Shown here: positions 53,858-62,352 of the stretch, piece after piece
Layout: each line of letters begins with the position of its first letter
How positions within the stretch are numbered: the first letter of the stretch is position 1
Source: Bacteroidetes bacterium UBA1941
GTDB lineage: Bacteria > Bacteroidota > Bacteroidia > Chitinophagales > LD1
DNA: 64,000 nucleotides
Assembly (NCBI GenBank): GCA_002336805.1
Contig: DDEZ01000010.1
Location: 74,895 to 138,894 of the forward strand
Reading direction: 5' to 3'
The notes under the pieces: model-generated
Told to the model about the DNA's origin: nothing
The model's database searches: none
Seen by the model: the letters and a program-made list of their open reading frames with translations, nothing else
Made by a program: the position numbers and the translations under genes

Positions 53858-56128
53858 ATGTACGAAAAGAAAACCTGGGCTCACTGGCATCTCACATCTG
53901 ATCGCGGCAGGTCGGTCTGGCACTTCCGCTCACCGCAGGGGCTGCCGGCAGACTGGCGCGGACCGCTGTCTACAGATCAGCAGGCCTTCCTCCGCGAGAT
54001 GGAGGAGGACTTTGTCTATGACAAAAAGCAAAACCCCAATAGCGCAGACTGCGTCTACCGCAGCCAGCGTGCAGTGATCAGTACGGACCGTGACCAGCCA
54101 CACCGTGATGCCCGCCAGTCTGTACGCGAGGCGATCAACTACTATCAGACCCTCCAGACCACAGACGGCAACTGGCCCGGAGACTACGGAGGCCCTATGT
54201 TTCTACTGCCGGGACTGGCCATCGCCTCCTATGTCACAGAGAGCCCCTTTACCGCGCCGGAGGCCATGCTGATGCGCCGCTATATGCTAAACCACCAGAA
54301 TGATGACGGCGGCTGGGGCCTGCACCTGGAGGGGCACTCTACCATGTTTGGGACGGTGCTGCAATATGTAGCCTTACGGTTACTAGGCGCACGGGCAGTG
54401 GATACTGAGGTGGTCAGAGCGCGAAAATGGATACAGGTACACGGTGGTGCTACGGGCATACCGAGCTGGGGCAAGTTCTACATGAGCCTGCTGGGCCTCT
54501 ATGAGTGGGAGGGCTGCAACACCCTGCTGCCAGAGCTATGGCTCCTGCCAAAATCACTGGCTATCCATCCCTCACACTACTGGTGCCATACGCGCATGGT
54601 GTACCTGCCCATGGCCTACTGCTATGGCCACAAGATCGTGATGAAGCCTACTGCGCTGATACAGGAGCTGCGTACGGAGCTCTATACTGAGCCCTACGGC
54701 CAGATCCGCTGGGCTGCCTGCCGGGACCTGTGCAGCGATACGGATATCTATTTCCCGCAGTCAGCTACGCTGAAATCGCTGAACGGTGTACTCAATGTCT
54801 ATGAGAAAATGCACCTAAAGGGTACCCGCAAAAAGGCGCTTCGCTTTGCGCTGGACTATATCAATGCCGAGGACCAGCAGACCAACTATATCAATATCGG
54901 CCCGGTCAATCAAGCGCTGAACTCGATAGCCGTATGGCATGCCTATGGGCGCGAGTCGGAGCAGTACAGAAAGCACCGTGAGCGCTGGGCCGACTACCTC
55001 TGGGTGGCAGAAGATGGCATGAAGATGCAGGGCTACAATGGCTCTCAGCTGTGGGATACGGCCTTTGCCATGCAGGCGGTGAAGGAGGCCGCGATGGATG
55101 GTGAGTTTGCACAGATGGTGCAGCGTGGATATGACTATGTAGACAAAAGCCAGATACGCGGTGAGGTGGTGGACAGAGAGAAATTCTTCCGCCACATGCA
55201 GATAGGTGGGTGGCCCTTCTCTACGGTAGATCATGGCTGGCCTATCACAGACTGCACGGCAGAGGGCCTCAAGACCTTTATGCTGCTGAACCCTCAGGCT
55301 GAGCCGGAGCGGCTCTACCAGGCTGTGAATGTGCTGCTTTCCTACCAAAACGCTGACGGGGGCTGTGCCAGCTATGAGCTGACCCGCAGCCCTCAGTGGC
55401 TGGAGCTGCTCAACCCCTCAGAGGTCTTTGGCAATATCATGATAGACTACTCCTATACGGAGTGTACCTCGGCCTGTGTGCAGGCGCTGATCGCCTTTCA
55501 CCAGCGGTATCCGGAGCATCGGCTAGAGGAGGTGAAAAGCTTTATCGAGAAGGGTGTACGCTTCATCCTCTCGCAGCAGCGGGCTGATGGCTCGTGGTAC
55601 GGCTCGTGGGCAGTGTGCTTCACCTATGGTACCTGGTTTGGTGTGGAGGCGCTGAGCCGCTATGTAGCTATGAATGGCGCTGGCTGGCAGATGGACATCA
55701 GGGACAAGGCCAAAACTGCTTTGCAGAAAGCTACCGGGTTCCTTCTAGCCAAACAAAACGCTGATGGCGGCTGGGGAGAGTCTTTTGAGAGCTGCGTGCG
55801 CAAGGAATACATCCCATCACCACAGTCTCAGGTGGTCAATACGTCTTGGGCGCTGCTGTCGCTCTTAGCCGCAGGCTGTACACAGTATGACAAACTGGAG
55901 CATGCTGCGCAGCTTCTTATTTCCCGGCAGGAAAAGAACGGCGACTGGCCGCAGGAGAATATCAGTGGCGTATTCAACCACAACTGCATGATCACGTACA
56001 CGAGCTATCGCAATGTGTTTCCTATCTGGGCGCTGGGCAGGTTTGCGCGCAGCGGCAATAATCTACTTGAATGGACTGCGGAGGACATAGTGGCGCGGTT
56101 TGAGCCTGCCGGTAAAGAGGCCCATTAG
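53858..56128 (+). CDS. oxidosqualene cyclase, cycloartenol-synthase-like
   Basis: Start taken at ATG 53858 (the track start at 53837 is TTG). VDHGWPITDCTAEGLK carries the OSC DCTAE catalytic motif (nt 55250-55264), not the DxDD of squalene-hopene cyclases. Repeated QW motifs are present (QNDDGGWG, QNADGGCASYE, QRADGSWYGSW, QNADGGWGES, QEKNGDWPQE). Confidence 0.9.
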   Translation: MYEKKTWAHWHLTSDRGRSVWHFRSPQGLPADWRGPLSTDQQAFLREMEEDFVYDKKQNPNSADCVYRSQRAVISTDRDQPHRDARQSVREAINYYQTLQTTDGNWPGDYGGPMFLLPGLAIASYVTESPFTAPEAMLMRRYMLNHQNDDGGWGLHLEGHSTMFGTVLQYVALRLLGARAVDTEVVRARKWIQVHGGATGIPSWGKFYMSLLGLYEWEGCNTLLPELWLLPKSLAIHPSHYWCHTRMVYLPMAYCYGHKIVMKPTALIQELRTELYTEPYGQIRWAACRDLCSDTDIYFPQSATLKSLNGVLNVYEKMHLKGTRKKALRFALDYINAEDQQTNYINIGPVNQALNSIAVWHAYGRESEQYRKHRERWADYLWVAEDGMKMQGYNGSQLWDTAFAMQAVKEAAMDGEFAQMVQRGYDYVDKSQIRGEVVDREKFFRHMQIGGWPFSTVDHGWPITDCTAEGLKTFMLLNPQAEPERLYQAVNVLLSYQNADGGCASYELTRSPQWLELLNPSEVFGNIMIDYSYTECTSACVQALIAFHQRYPEHRLEEVKSFIEKGVRFILSQQRADGSWYGSWAVCFTYGTWFGVEALSRYVAMNGAGWQMDIRDKAKTALQKATGFLLAKQNADGGWGESFESCVRKEYIPSPQSQVVNTSWALLSLLAAGCTQYDKLEHAAQLLISRQEKNGDWPQENISGVFNHNCMITYTSYRNVFPIWALGRFARSGNNLLEWTAEDIVARFEPAGKEAH

Positions 56129-57304
56129 CGCATTCACTATCGGGTTGCGGTGTCTGAGATAGCCGTACATGGGCTGCGGTATAGCACCTATGGTACTTTT
56201 CACCTCAGGTGCTGTGCGGCCAAAGTGCAGCAGGCGCAGGTCATGCTCCGTAGCATAGCGCACTACATCATATAGCATCCGCTGGTACAGGTTGTGCTCC
56301 TTATTGACAGAGTAGTCTATGCCGCAGTAGTGTACCTCCGTCTTGTACGGCAGGATGAAGAGCGACATAAATCCCACCATCCGTCCATCCAGAAAGTACC
56401 CGAACACCTTGTACATATCCGGACTCTGGCGCAGCTGTGCAGGGTAGTAGTCCTTTGGTAGTTTGGCTATGTTGAAGTCTGCTTTGTCAGCCACATTGCG
56501 GTAGAGCTGGTACGCCCGCTCTATATTCTCCTCCAGCTCGTCTGCGGTCAGCTGGCGCGAGGTGAGCTGCTGGCTGGTACTGATGATCTTTTTGGCGCGT
56601 ACGCGGTACTTGGACGAGATGGCAGCCAGATAGTCGTCAAAGCTGTGCCACTCCTGCGGCAGCCGCATACTCATATCAGCCTCTACATAGATACGCTTAT
56701 AGTTATTGGTCAGGAATGCCTCATCAAAATCACCCACCGGCTCATACATATCAGGCATGAGCACGGCCTTGATGTATTTGCGCTGAGCGAGTATGTGGTC
56801 TATAGTATGTGAGAGAAAATAGGACCGCTCCTGTATGGTAAACTCAGGCAGGAAAGAGATGCCCTGCTCACCGGTGATAAAGAGATTGCCGCTCACCAGC
56901 AGGGGGATATCTATTTTGGCCACGAGGCCTTTGGTCAGGTTGAGCAGCTTATTTTTCAGGCCCTCATTATCCTGCGGGAAATAAGCCGTAAGATTAGTAC
57001 CGCGAAACCTGACCACCTGAAAGTAGCTGACACCTATCAGGCGTCCCTCGCGGCGGATCAGGGCGTAGAGAAACTCCATCTCGCCCGTCAGTGTGCGCTC
57101 CAGCAGCTGGAGATAGGCTGGCTGTAGCAGTGGCTGGTCGTGGCCTATAAATCGGAGCCAGTCTGCCTCCGGCACTGCGGCTATGGTATCGTACAATGAA
57201 ATATCTACAGCGGTCTCCCGGCTGATAGCAGACGAGCGGGGACAAAGACTCACAGACATGCAGCTGGACATATCTGACAGGGTTTGGTAATCGGGAGTAG
57301 GCAT
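56063..57304 (-). CDS. GNAT-fold FemAB-like / DUF482-like acyltransferase family protein
   Basis: 413 aa. The N-terminal LYDTIAAVPEADWLRFIGHDQPLLQPAYLQLLERT, the central DYLAAISSKYRVRAKK and the C-terminal GIDYS...LYQRMLYDVVRYA resemble the FemAB-like GNAT arrangement. This is a family-level call only. The 3' end overlaps the OSC 3' end by 66 nt. Confidence 0.45.
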   Translation of the reverse strand: MPTPDYQTLSDMSSCMSVSLCPRSSAISRETAVDISLYDTIAAVPEADWLRFIGHDQPLLQPAYLQLLERTLTGEMEFLYALIRREGRLIGVSYFQVVRFRGTNLTAYFPQDNEGLKNKLLNLTKGLVAKIDIPLLVSGNLFITGEQGISFLPEFTIQERSYFLSHTIDHILAQRKYIKAVLMPDMYEPVGDFDEAFLTNNYKRIYVEADMSMRLPQEWHSFDDYLAAISSKYRVRAKKIISTSQQLTSRQLTADELEENIERAYQLYRNVADKADFNIAKLPKDYYPAQLRQSPDMYKVFGYFLDGRMVGFMSLFILPYKTEVHYCGIDYSVNKEHNLYQRMLYDVVRYATEHDLRLLHFGRTAPEVKSTIGAIPQPMYGYLRHRNPIVNALMGLFTGRLKPRHYVLRSPFK

Positions 57305-57437
57305 GCCATCATAGACGTACGAGGCTCAATTTTATGTCAAAGGTGTATTTTTTTCTTTAGTTTCAAAGTGCGGGCAAGATGCCAACAGTGCCGGACAATA
57401 TAGAACCAACCACTGCGTTTTAGCAAAAATTTGATCT

Positions 57438-58151
57438 ATGAGAAAATATCACCTCCTATTCCTTTTGACAATGATCTGCCGCTGTGCGGTGGCAGCAGAT
57501 AATAGCAGCGATAAGAAACTTTTTATTGGTGTAAATTTTGCGCCGGGAGTAGGGTTTCGTACTCTGCATCTCTCGGATGGGAGCGGTGGCCGGGCGGAGG
57601 CTTATGCTTTGTACCAACAAAATGATAAGCCAATATTTGGCTATAATATCGGAGCAGACGTTACTTATCAGTTCACGCGAACAATAGGACTGCAAACTGG
57701 AGTATCCTATTCGATGAAGGGACTTTTATATAGTGCGCAGTCCATGTTTAGCTCTACTCCCACGACTCTCTCGACATTGTATCGTTTCCACTTTGTAGAT
57801 ATACCTGTGCAAGCCAGATTTTACGCCGGCAAAAGTAAAGTAAAGTTTGTCGGAGGGGTAGGTCCTGTGTTTGATTTCCTTTTCGGTCAGCAAAACATAT
57901 CAGAAGCAGTAGAGAATGGACATACCACATATCATAGTAGTCACACCTACCTGCCCGCACCCAAAGGCCCAAACATCTTCACCATGTCGGCCATGGCCAG
58001 TGCAGGGATAGACTATCGTATCAATGGCCTGATGGGTATCCGGGCAGAACCGTATTTCAGCCATGGATTCTTGCCCTTTGTCTCTAATGGTATCAGGACA
58101 TATTTTTGGAATGCTGGTGTCAACTGCGCTTTCTACTTCGGAGTGAAATAA
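57438..58151 (+). CDS. porin-family outer-membrane beta-barrel protein
   Basis: Signal peptide, then LFIGVNFAPGVGF, alternating strands, and the C-terminal NAGVNCAFYFGVK. Confidence 0.55.
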   Translation: MRKYHLLFLLTMICRCAVAADNSSDKKLFIGVNFAPGVGFRTLHLSDGSGGRAEAYALYQQNDKPIFGYNIGADVTYQFTRTIGLQTGVSYSMKGLLYSAQSMFSSTPTTLSTLYRFHFVDIPVQARFYAGKSKVKFVGGVGPVFDFLFGQQNISEAVENGHTTYHSSHTYLPAPKGPNIFTMSAMASAGIDYRINGLMGIRAEPYFSHGFLPFVSNGIRTYFWNAGVNCAFYFGVK

Positions 58152-58154
58152 CTA

Positions 58155-59066
58155 TCACACGTTCCAAACCTGCCCTGCGGCAAATAGAATAGAAAATAGA
58201 AACGTAGAGATAGCCAGCTGCGGCAGGTAGGGGTCAAACTCACGCGGCTCTTTCACACGCCATACCAGCAGTACATTGCGCCAGAAGAGGGGCATGGTGA
58301 GTATGAAAATAAAAGCCACAGACGAAACCAGGTGCATGGCTACAAAGGCGATAGCAGCAGCCCAGCCTACGGTGATCAGCAGTGTGTGGTAGATACGTGC
58401 ATTGCGGTCGCCCATTTTTACCACGATGGTGTTCTTGCCGGCTTTGGCATCGCTGAGGCGGTCGCGCATGTTATTCAGGTTGAGCACGCCGGTGGCAAAG
58501 CAGCCCACCGCCACACCCGGCAGCAGCACCGACCAGTCCAGCACATGAGCCTGCAGGTAGTAGCTACCACCCACCCCCACGAGGCCGAAGAAGAGCAGCA
58601 CAAACACATCTCCCATACCGTGATAGCCATAGGCACCCGAGCCGATGGTATACTTTAGCGCAGCGACTATGGCACCGATACCGATAGCCAGGAATAGGAG
58701 CGCCGTGACAGCCTGCTCACGCAGCGAGGCGAAGATCAGCCCACAGCCACTCAGCAGGCACAGTGCGCCACAGATGATGATAGCAGTACGTATCTCTGCA
58801 AAGGACAGGATACCGGCCTGTATGGCCCTCTTAGGGCCTATGCGGTCATCGTTGTCAGTGCCTTTCTCACTATCGCCATAATCATTGGCCAGGTTGGATA
58901 ATACTTGTAGCAAAAGCGTAGTGAGCAGTGCCAGCCCGAATACCAACCGACTAAACTGCTGGTGATAGGGGATAAACGATCCCACAATTATACATGAGAA
59001 GGAGAGGGGCAGTGTACGCAGGCGAAAGGCGTACAGCCAGGCTTTGACTTTTGACGGCTGATCCAT
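58155..59066 (-). CDS. menA: 1,4-dihydroxy-2-naphthoate polyprenyltransferase
   Basis: UbiA-fold. LSNLANDYGDSEKGTDNDDRIGPKR (the NDxxD first motif) and NNMRDRLSDAKAGKNT (the second Asp motif). Nine TM segments. Confidence 0.88.
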   Translation of the reverse strand: MDQPSKVKAWLYAFRLRTLPLSFSCIIVGSFIPYHQQFSRLVFGLALLTTLLLQVLSNLANDYGDSEKGTDNDDRIGPKRAIQAGILSFAEIRTAIIICGALCLLSGCGLIFASLREQAVTALLFLAIGIGAIVAALKYTIGSGAYGYHGMGDVFVLLFFGLVGVGGSYYLQAHVLDWSVLLPGVAVGCFATGVLNLNNMRDRLSDAKAGKNTIVVKMGDRNARIYHTLLITVGWAAAIAFVAMHLVSSVAFIFILTMPLFWRNVLLVWRVKEPREFDPYLPQLAISTFLFSILFAAGQVWNV

Positions 59067-59319
59067 GAGGCGCGAAAGTACGGTTTTTGTGGTTGTCGGG
59101 ATACAGAGGTAGTGTCCTTGAAGAAAATGGATAAATATTGACCCACTATCGGTCTAGGATTGAGGGAGCTAAAATAATGCTGTTGTCACACTTAAAATAC
59201 TAAAATATTCATTTGTTGATAAAATCTAGTCTTTTACAAATATAACTTGTATGAATAATGAATGCATGTACTCATTCTTTGCGTATACTATTTAAATTTA
59301 ATAAGGAAAACCTAAACCC

Positions 59320-62298
59320 ATGGGCCTGGGCCAAAACGACCTACAGTTTAAGCAGTTTCTTAAAGCTGCTTCCGTTCTGCTGCCACTCACAGTTTTTACT
59401 GTGGGTTGCATGGTTTTGGCTGGCTGGCAGTGGGATATAGAGGTGCTACGGAGGCCACTGCCTCATCTGGCAGCTATGAACCCCCTATCTGCTGTCTTGT
59501 TTATAGTAAGTAGTTTCTCTTTGCTGCTGTGCCGCGCTGGCACACGCTACAGGTACATCTCGCTCATACTTGCAGTAGCAGGACTTATCGTAGCTGCCTT
59601 GAGGTTGGTAGATGCTGCTGGTGGATTAGGATGGGACGTAGATCTCGTCTTTTTTCGCCATCGTCTCTGGCTGGCAGAACCCGGCAATGTATCCAACCGC
59701 ATGGGGCTGAATACTGCTTTGGGGTTCTTGCTCATATACGGGTCCCTTATGCTCACATACATCAGGAGGAGTATACTGATGCAGAGGGCTGCTGTAGGTC
59801 TGGCGCTGGCAGCTATGGTGCTAGGCACTTTTTCATTGCTTTGCTATCTCTATTATGTGCCTGAGTTTTATTCCCTGCTGGGGCATCTGCCCATCTCGGT
59901 GCATTCTTCTATCTCCTTTATGCTGATGGCTGCTGCCATCGCGGGCATCCATGAAGAGGTACCTCTTATGCGCGCTATCAGCAGCCGGCACTACGGCGGT
60001 GTCATAGCCCGTAGGCTCATACCTGCTATCATTGTTTTACCTGTTCTGTTTGGCTATTTGCGTCTGTATGCCTCCTGGGTCAGGCCATTTAGCACGGAGC
60101 TGGGAGTAGCTTTTCTTATCACGCTTATCATCATCTCTCTCCTGGGGCTCACCTGGTATCTCGCAGCCTTGCTCAATAGGTCCGATGCCCTGCGCACCGA
60201 GGCCGAGGTCAAGCTGCAAAAGTTTAATACCGACCTGCGCCAGGATGTATCACGCCAAACCCGCAAGATACTGGACAATGAGCAGCAGTTTCGCGAGAAG
60301 ATGGACAACATGCGCGAAGGTATACAGATCATAGACCATGACTGGCGCTATGTATATGTGAATGATGCCCTCGTAGCACAGAGCCACTATACCCGTGAGC
60401 AGCTACTGGGGCATACTCCTATGGAGCTCTACCCGGGTGTAGAAAGCACCGAGCTGTATAGGGTGCTGCAATCCGTCATGACAGGCAGGGTCGCCCAGCG
60501 CACAGAAAATGTATTTACTTTCCCGGACGGTAGCCAGAATTTTTTCGACCTCAGTATACAGCCTGTGCCTGAGGGTATTTTCATATTGTCTGTAGACATA
60601 ACACAGCAGCGTAGAAATGAGCTCCATATAATAAAGATGAATCGCTTGTATTCATTTATAAGCGCTGTCAACCAAAGCATAGTGCATATCCGTGGTGAAG
60701 AAGAGCTGCTGGATAAACTCTGCGACATTGCATTAGATATAGGTTCATTCAATAGTGTTTGGATAGGCCGGGTCAATGATCAGGATAAGCTTGACTTGTC
60801 TATAATGATGCCGACAGGCAATGGAAAATCAGAAGTGGCTGCCTTCTCTGGTATAGCCCCTGATGACCAGTTTTTTAATACTGCACCTATAGGCATCGCA
60901 TGGCGCACTGGTCAGTATGCAGTAAGTAACGATGCCCAGAATGATCCGCGCCTCACACCATGGCATGATCAGATGCGCGAAGCCAATATAAAATCGGTTA
61001 TCGCCTTTCCCATCAAAAAATATGGCGAGATCATAGGAGTTTTCGGCTTCGATTCTGGATCGGTCAGTTTCTTTGATACAGATGAGATTGCCCTTTTGGA
61101 AGAAGTGGCAGGGGATATTTCTTTTGCTATGGAGGTCATGGAGCAGGACCGCCAGCGTAGCGCTGCCGAAAGGCGGCTGCAGATCAACGAGTCTCATTTG
61201 GAGAGGGCGCAGGCTCTGGCACATGTAGGTCATTGGGAGGTTAGCTTTGCTACAGGCCGCGCAGTATGGTCAGCAGAATCCTGCCGGATGTTTGGTTTAG
61301 ATCCTTCAGATAATATCCAATCCTATGAGACCTGGCTCTCATTCATTCATCCTGATGATGTAGAGGCCGTGCTGGCAGCAAACAGGAAGGCGGAGGCGCT
61401 ACTATCAGGCACCTCTATGGATCACCGTATCATCCGGCGCGATGGTACAGTGCGCTACCTGCACTCAGAGGCTAAGTATGAGCTGAATGAACAAGGTCAG
61501 CCTATAGGCATGTACGGTATCTCACAGGATATCACCGAGCGCAAACTGGCAGAGGATGAGATACACCAGCTCAATGAGCAACTGGAGCACCGTGTGGAGG
61601 AGCGCACTGCCGAACTCACTGAGGCCAATAAAGCGCTGGAGGCTTTCAGCTACTCGGCATCGCATGATCTGCGGGCACCGCTGCGTGCTATCAGTGGCTA
61701 TATAGGCGTGATCAATGAGGAGTACGGCAAAGACTTTAATGAGGACCTGACGCAGCTATTTGCTCAGGTGAGCGGAGGGGCTAAACGTATGAATGTGATC
61801 ATAGATGATATGCTCACGCTGGCCCAATACTCGAAGGGCTCTCTGCAGCTCACAGACGTGGATATGGATATGCTCGCACAGGCAGTGTGGGACAATCTGG
61901 CGCTGACAGCTCCTCATCGTGCTATACTGATCAAAGATAAACTACCGGTGATCAAGGGCGACTTCTCCATGCTTCAGCAGGTTATATTCAATCTTTTCTC
62001 CAATGCGATCAAATACTCCTCCAAGAAGGATAAACCTCAGGTAAAAACAGGTGCCACACGCACTGCGACCGACGTCATTTTTTATATACAGGACAACGGT
62101 GCTGGCTTTGATATGACAGCCTACAGTAAGCTGTTCGGAGCCTTCCAGAGACTGCATGGTGCCAATGAGTTTGAAGGCACGGGTGTAGGCCTGCTCCTGG
62201 TCAAGCGCATCATAGAGAAACATGGCGGCCAGGTATGGGCTGAGGGTAGGGTGGGAGAGGGCGCTACATTTTATTTTTCGCTGCCTATACAGAGCTGA
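59320..62298 (+). CDS. sensor histidine kinase: multi-TM N-terminal domain, PAS, GAF, PAS, HisKA, HATPase_c
   Basis: About 8 hydrophobic helices in the first 290 aa, then two PAS-like blocks flanking a GAF-like block. H-box FSYSASHDLRAPLR, N-box NLFSNAIKYS, G-boxes QDNGAGFD and GTGVGLLLVKR. No response regulator is adjacent. Confidence 0.9.
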   Translation: MGLGQNDLQFKQFLKAASVLLPLTVFTVGCMVLAGWQWDIEVLRRPLPHLAAMNPLSAVLFIVSSFSLLLCRAGTRYRYISLILAVAGLIVAALRLVDAAGGLGWDVDLVFFRHRLWLAEPGNVSNRMGLNTALGFLLIYGSLMLTYIRRSILMQRAAVGLALAAMVLGTFSLLCYLYYVPEFYSLLGHLPISVHSSISFMLMAAAIAGIHEEVPLMRAISSRHYGGVIARRLIPAIIVLPVLFGYLRLYASWVRPFSTELGVAFLITLIIISLLGLTWYLAALLNRSDALRTEAEVKLQKFNTDLRQDVSRQTRKILDNEQQFREKMDNMREGIQIIDHDWRYVYVNDALVAQSHYTREQLLGHTPMELYPGVESTELYRVLQSVMTGRVAQRTENVFTFPDGSQNFFDLSIQPVPEGIFILSVDITQQRRNELHIIKMNRLYSFISAVNQSIVHIRGEEELLDKLCDIALDIGSFNSVWIGRVNDQDKLDLSIMMPTGNGKSEVAAFSGIAPDDQFFNTAPIGIAWRTGQYAVSNDAQNDPRLTPWHDQMREANIKSVIAFPIKKYGEIIGVFGFDSGSVSFFDTDEIALLEEVAGDISFAMEVMEQDRQRSAAERRLQINESHLERAQALAHVGHWEVSFATGRAVWSAESCRMFGLDPSDNIQSYETWLSFIHPDDVEAVLAANRKAEALLSGTSMDHRIIRRDGTVRYLHSEAKYELNEQGQPIGMYGISQDITERKLAEDEIHQLNEQLEHRVEERTAELTEANKALEAFSYSASHDLRAPLRAISGYIGVINEEYGKDFNEDLTQLFAQVSGGAKRMNVIIDDMLTLAQYSKGSLQLTDVDMDMLAQAVWDNLALTAPHRAILIKDKLPVIKGDFSMLQQVIFNLFSNAIKYSSKKDKPQVKTGATRTATDVIFYIQDNGAGFDMTAYSKLFGAFQRLHGANEFEGTGVGLLLVKRIIEKHGGQVWAEGRVGEGATFYFSLPIQS

Positions 62299-62352
62299 TA
62301 CTAGAACCCATTCACTCTGATACCCGCTCATTTGAATGTGTCGCCAGATATA

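Noticed and set aside
59258-59440. 60-aa ORF overlapping the histidine-kinase start in another frame
   Set aside because: It is short and AT-rich upstream, and it runs into the kinase coding frame. It has no independent support.
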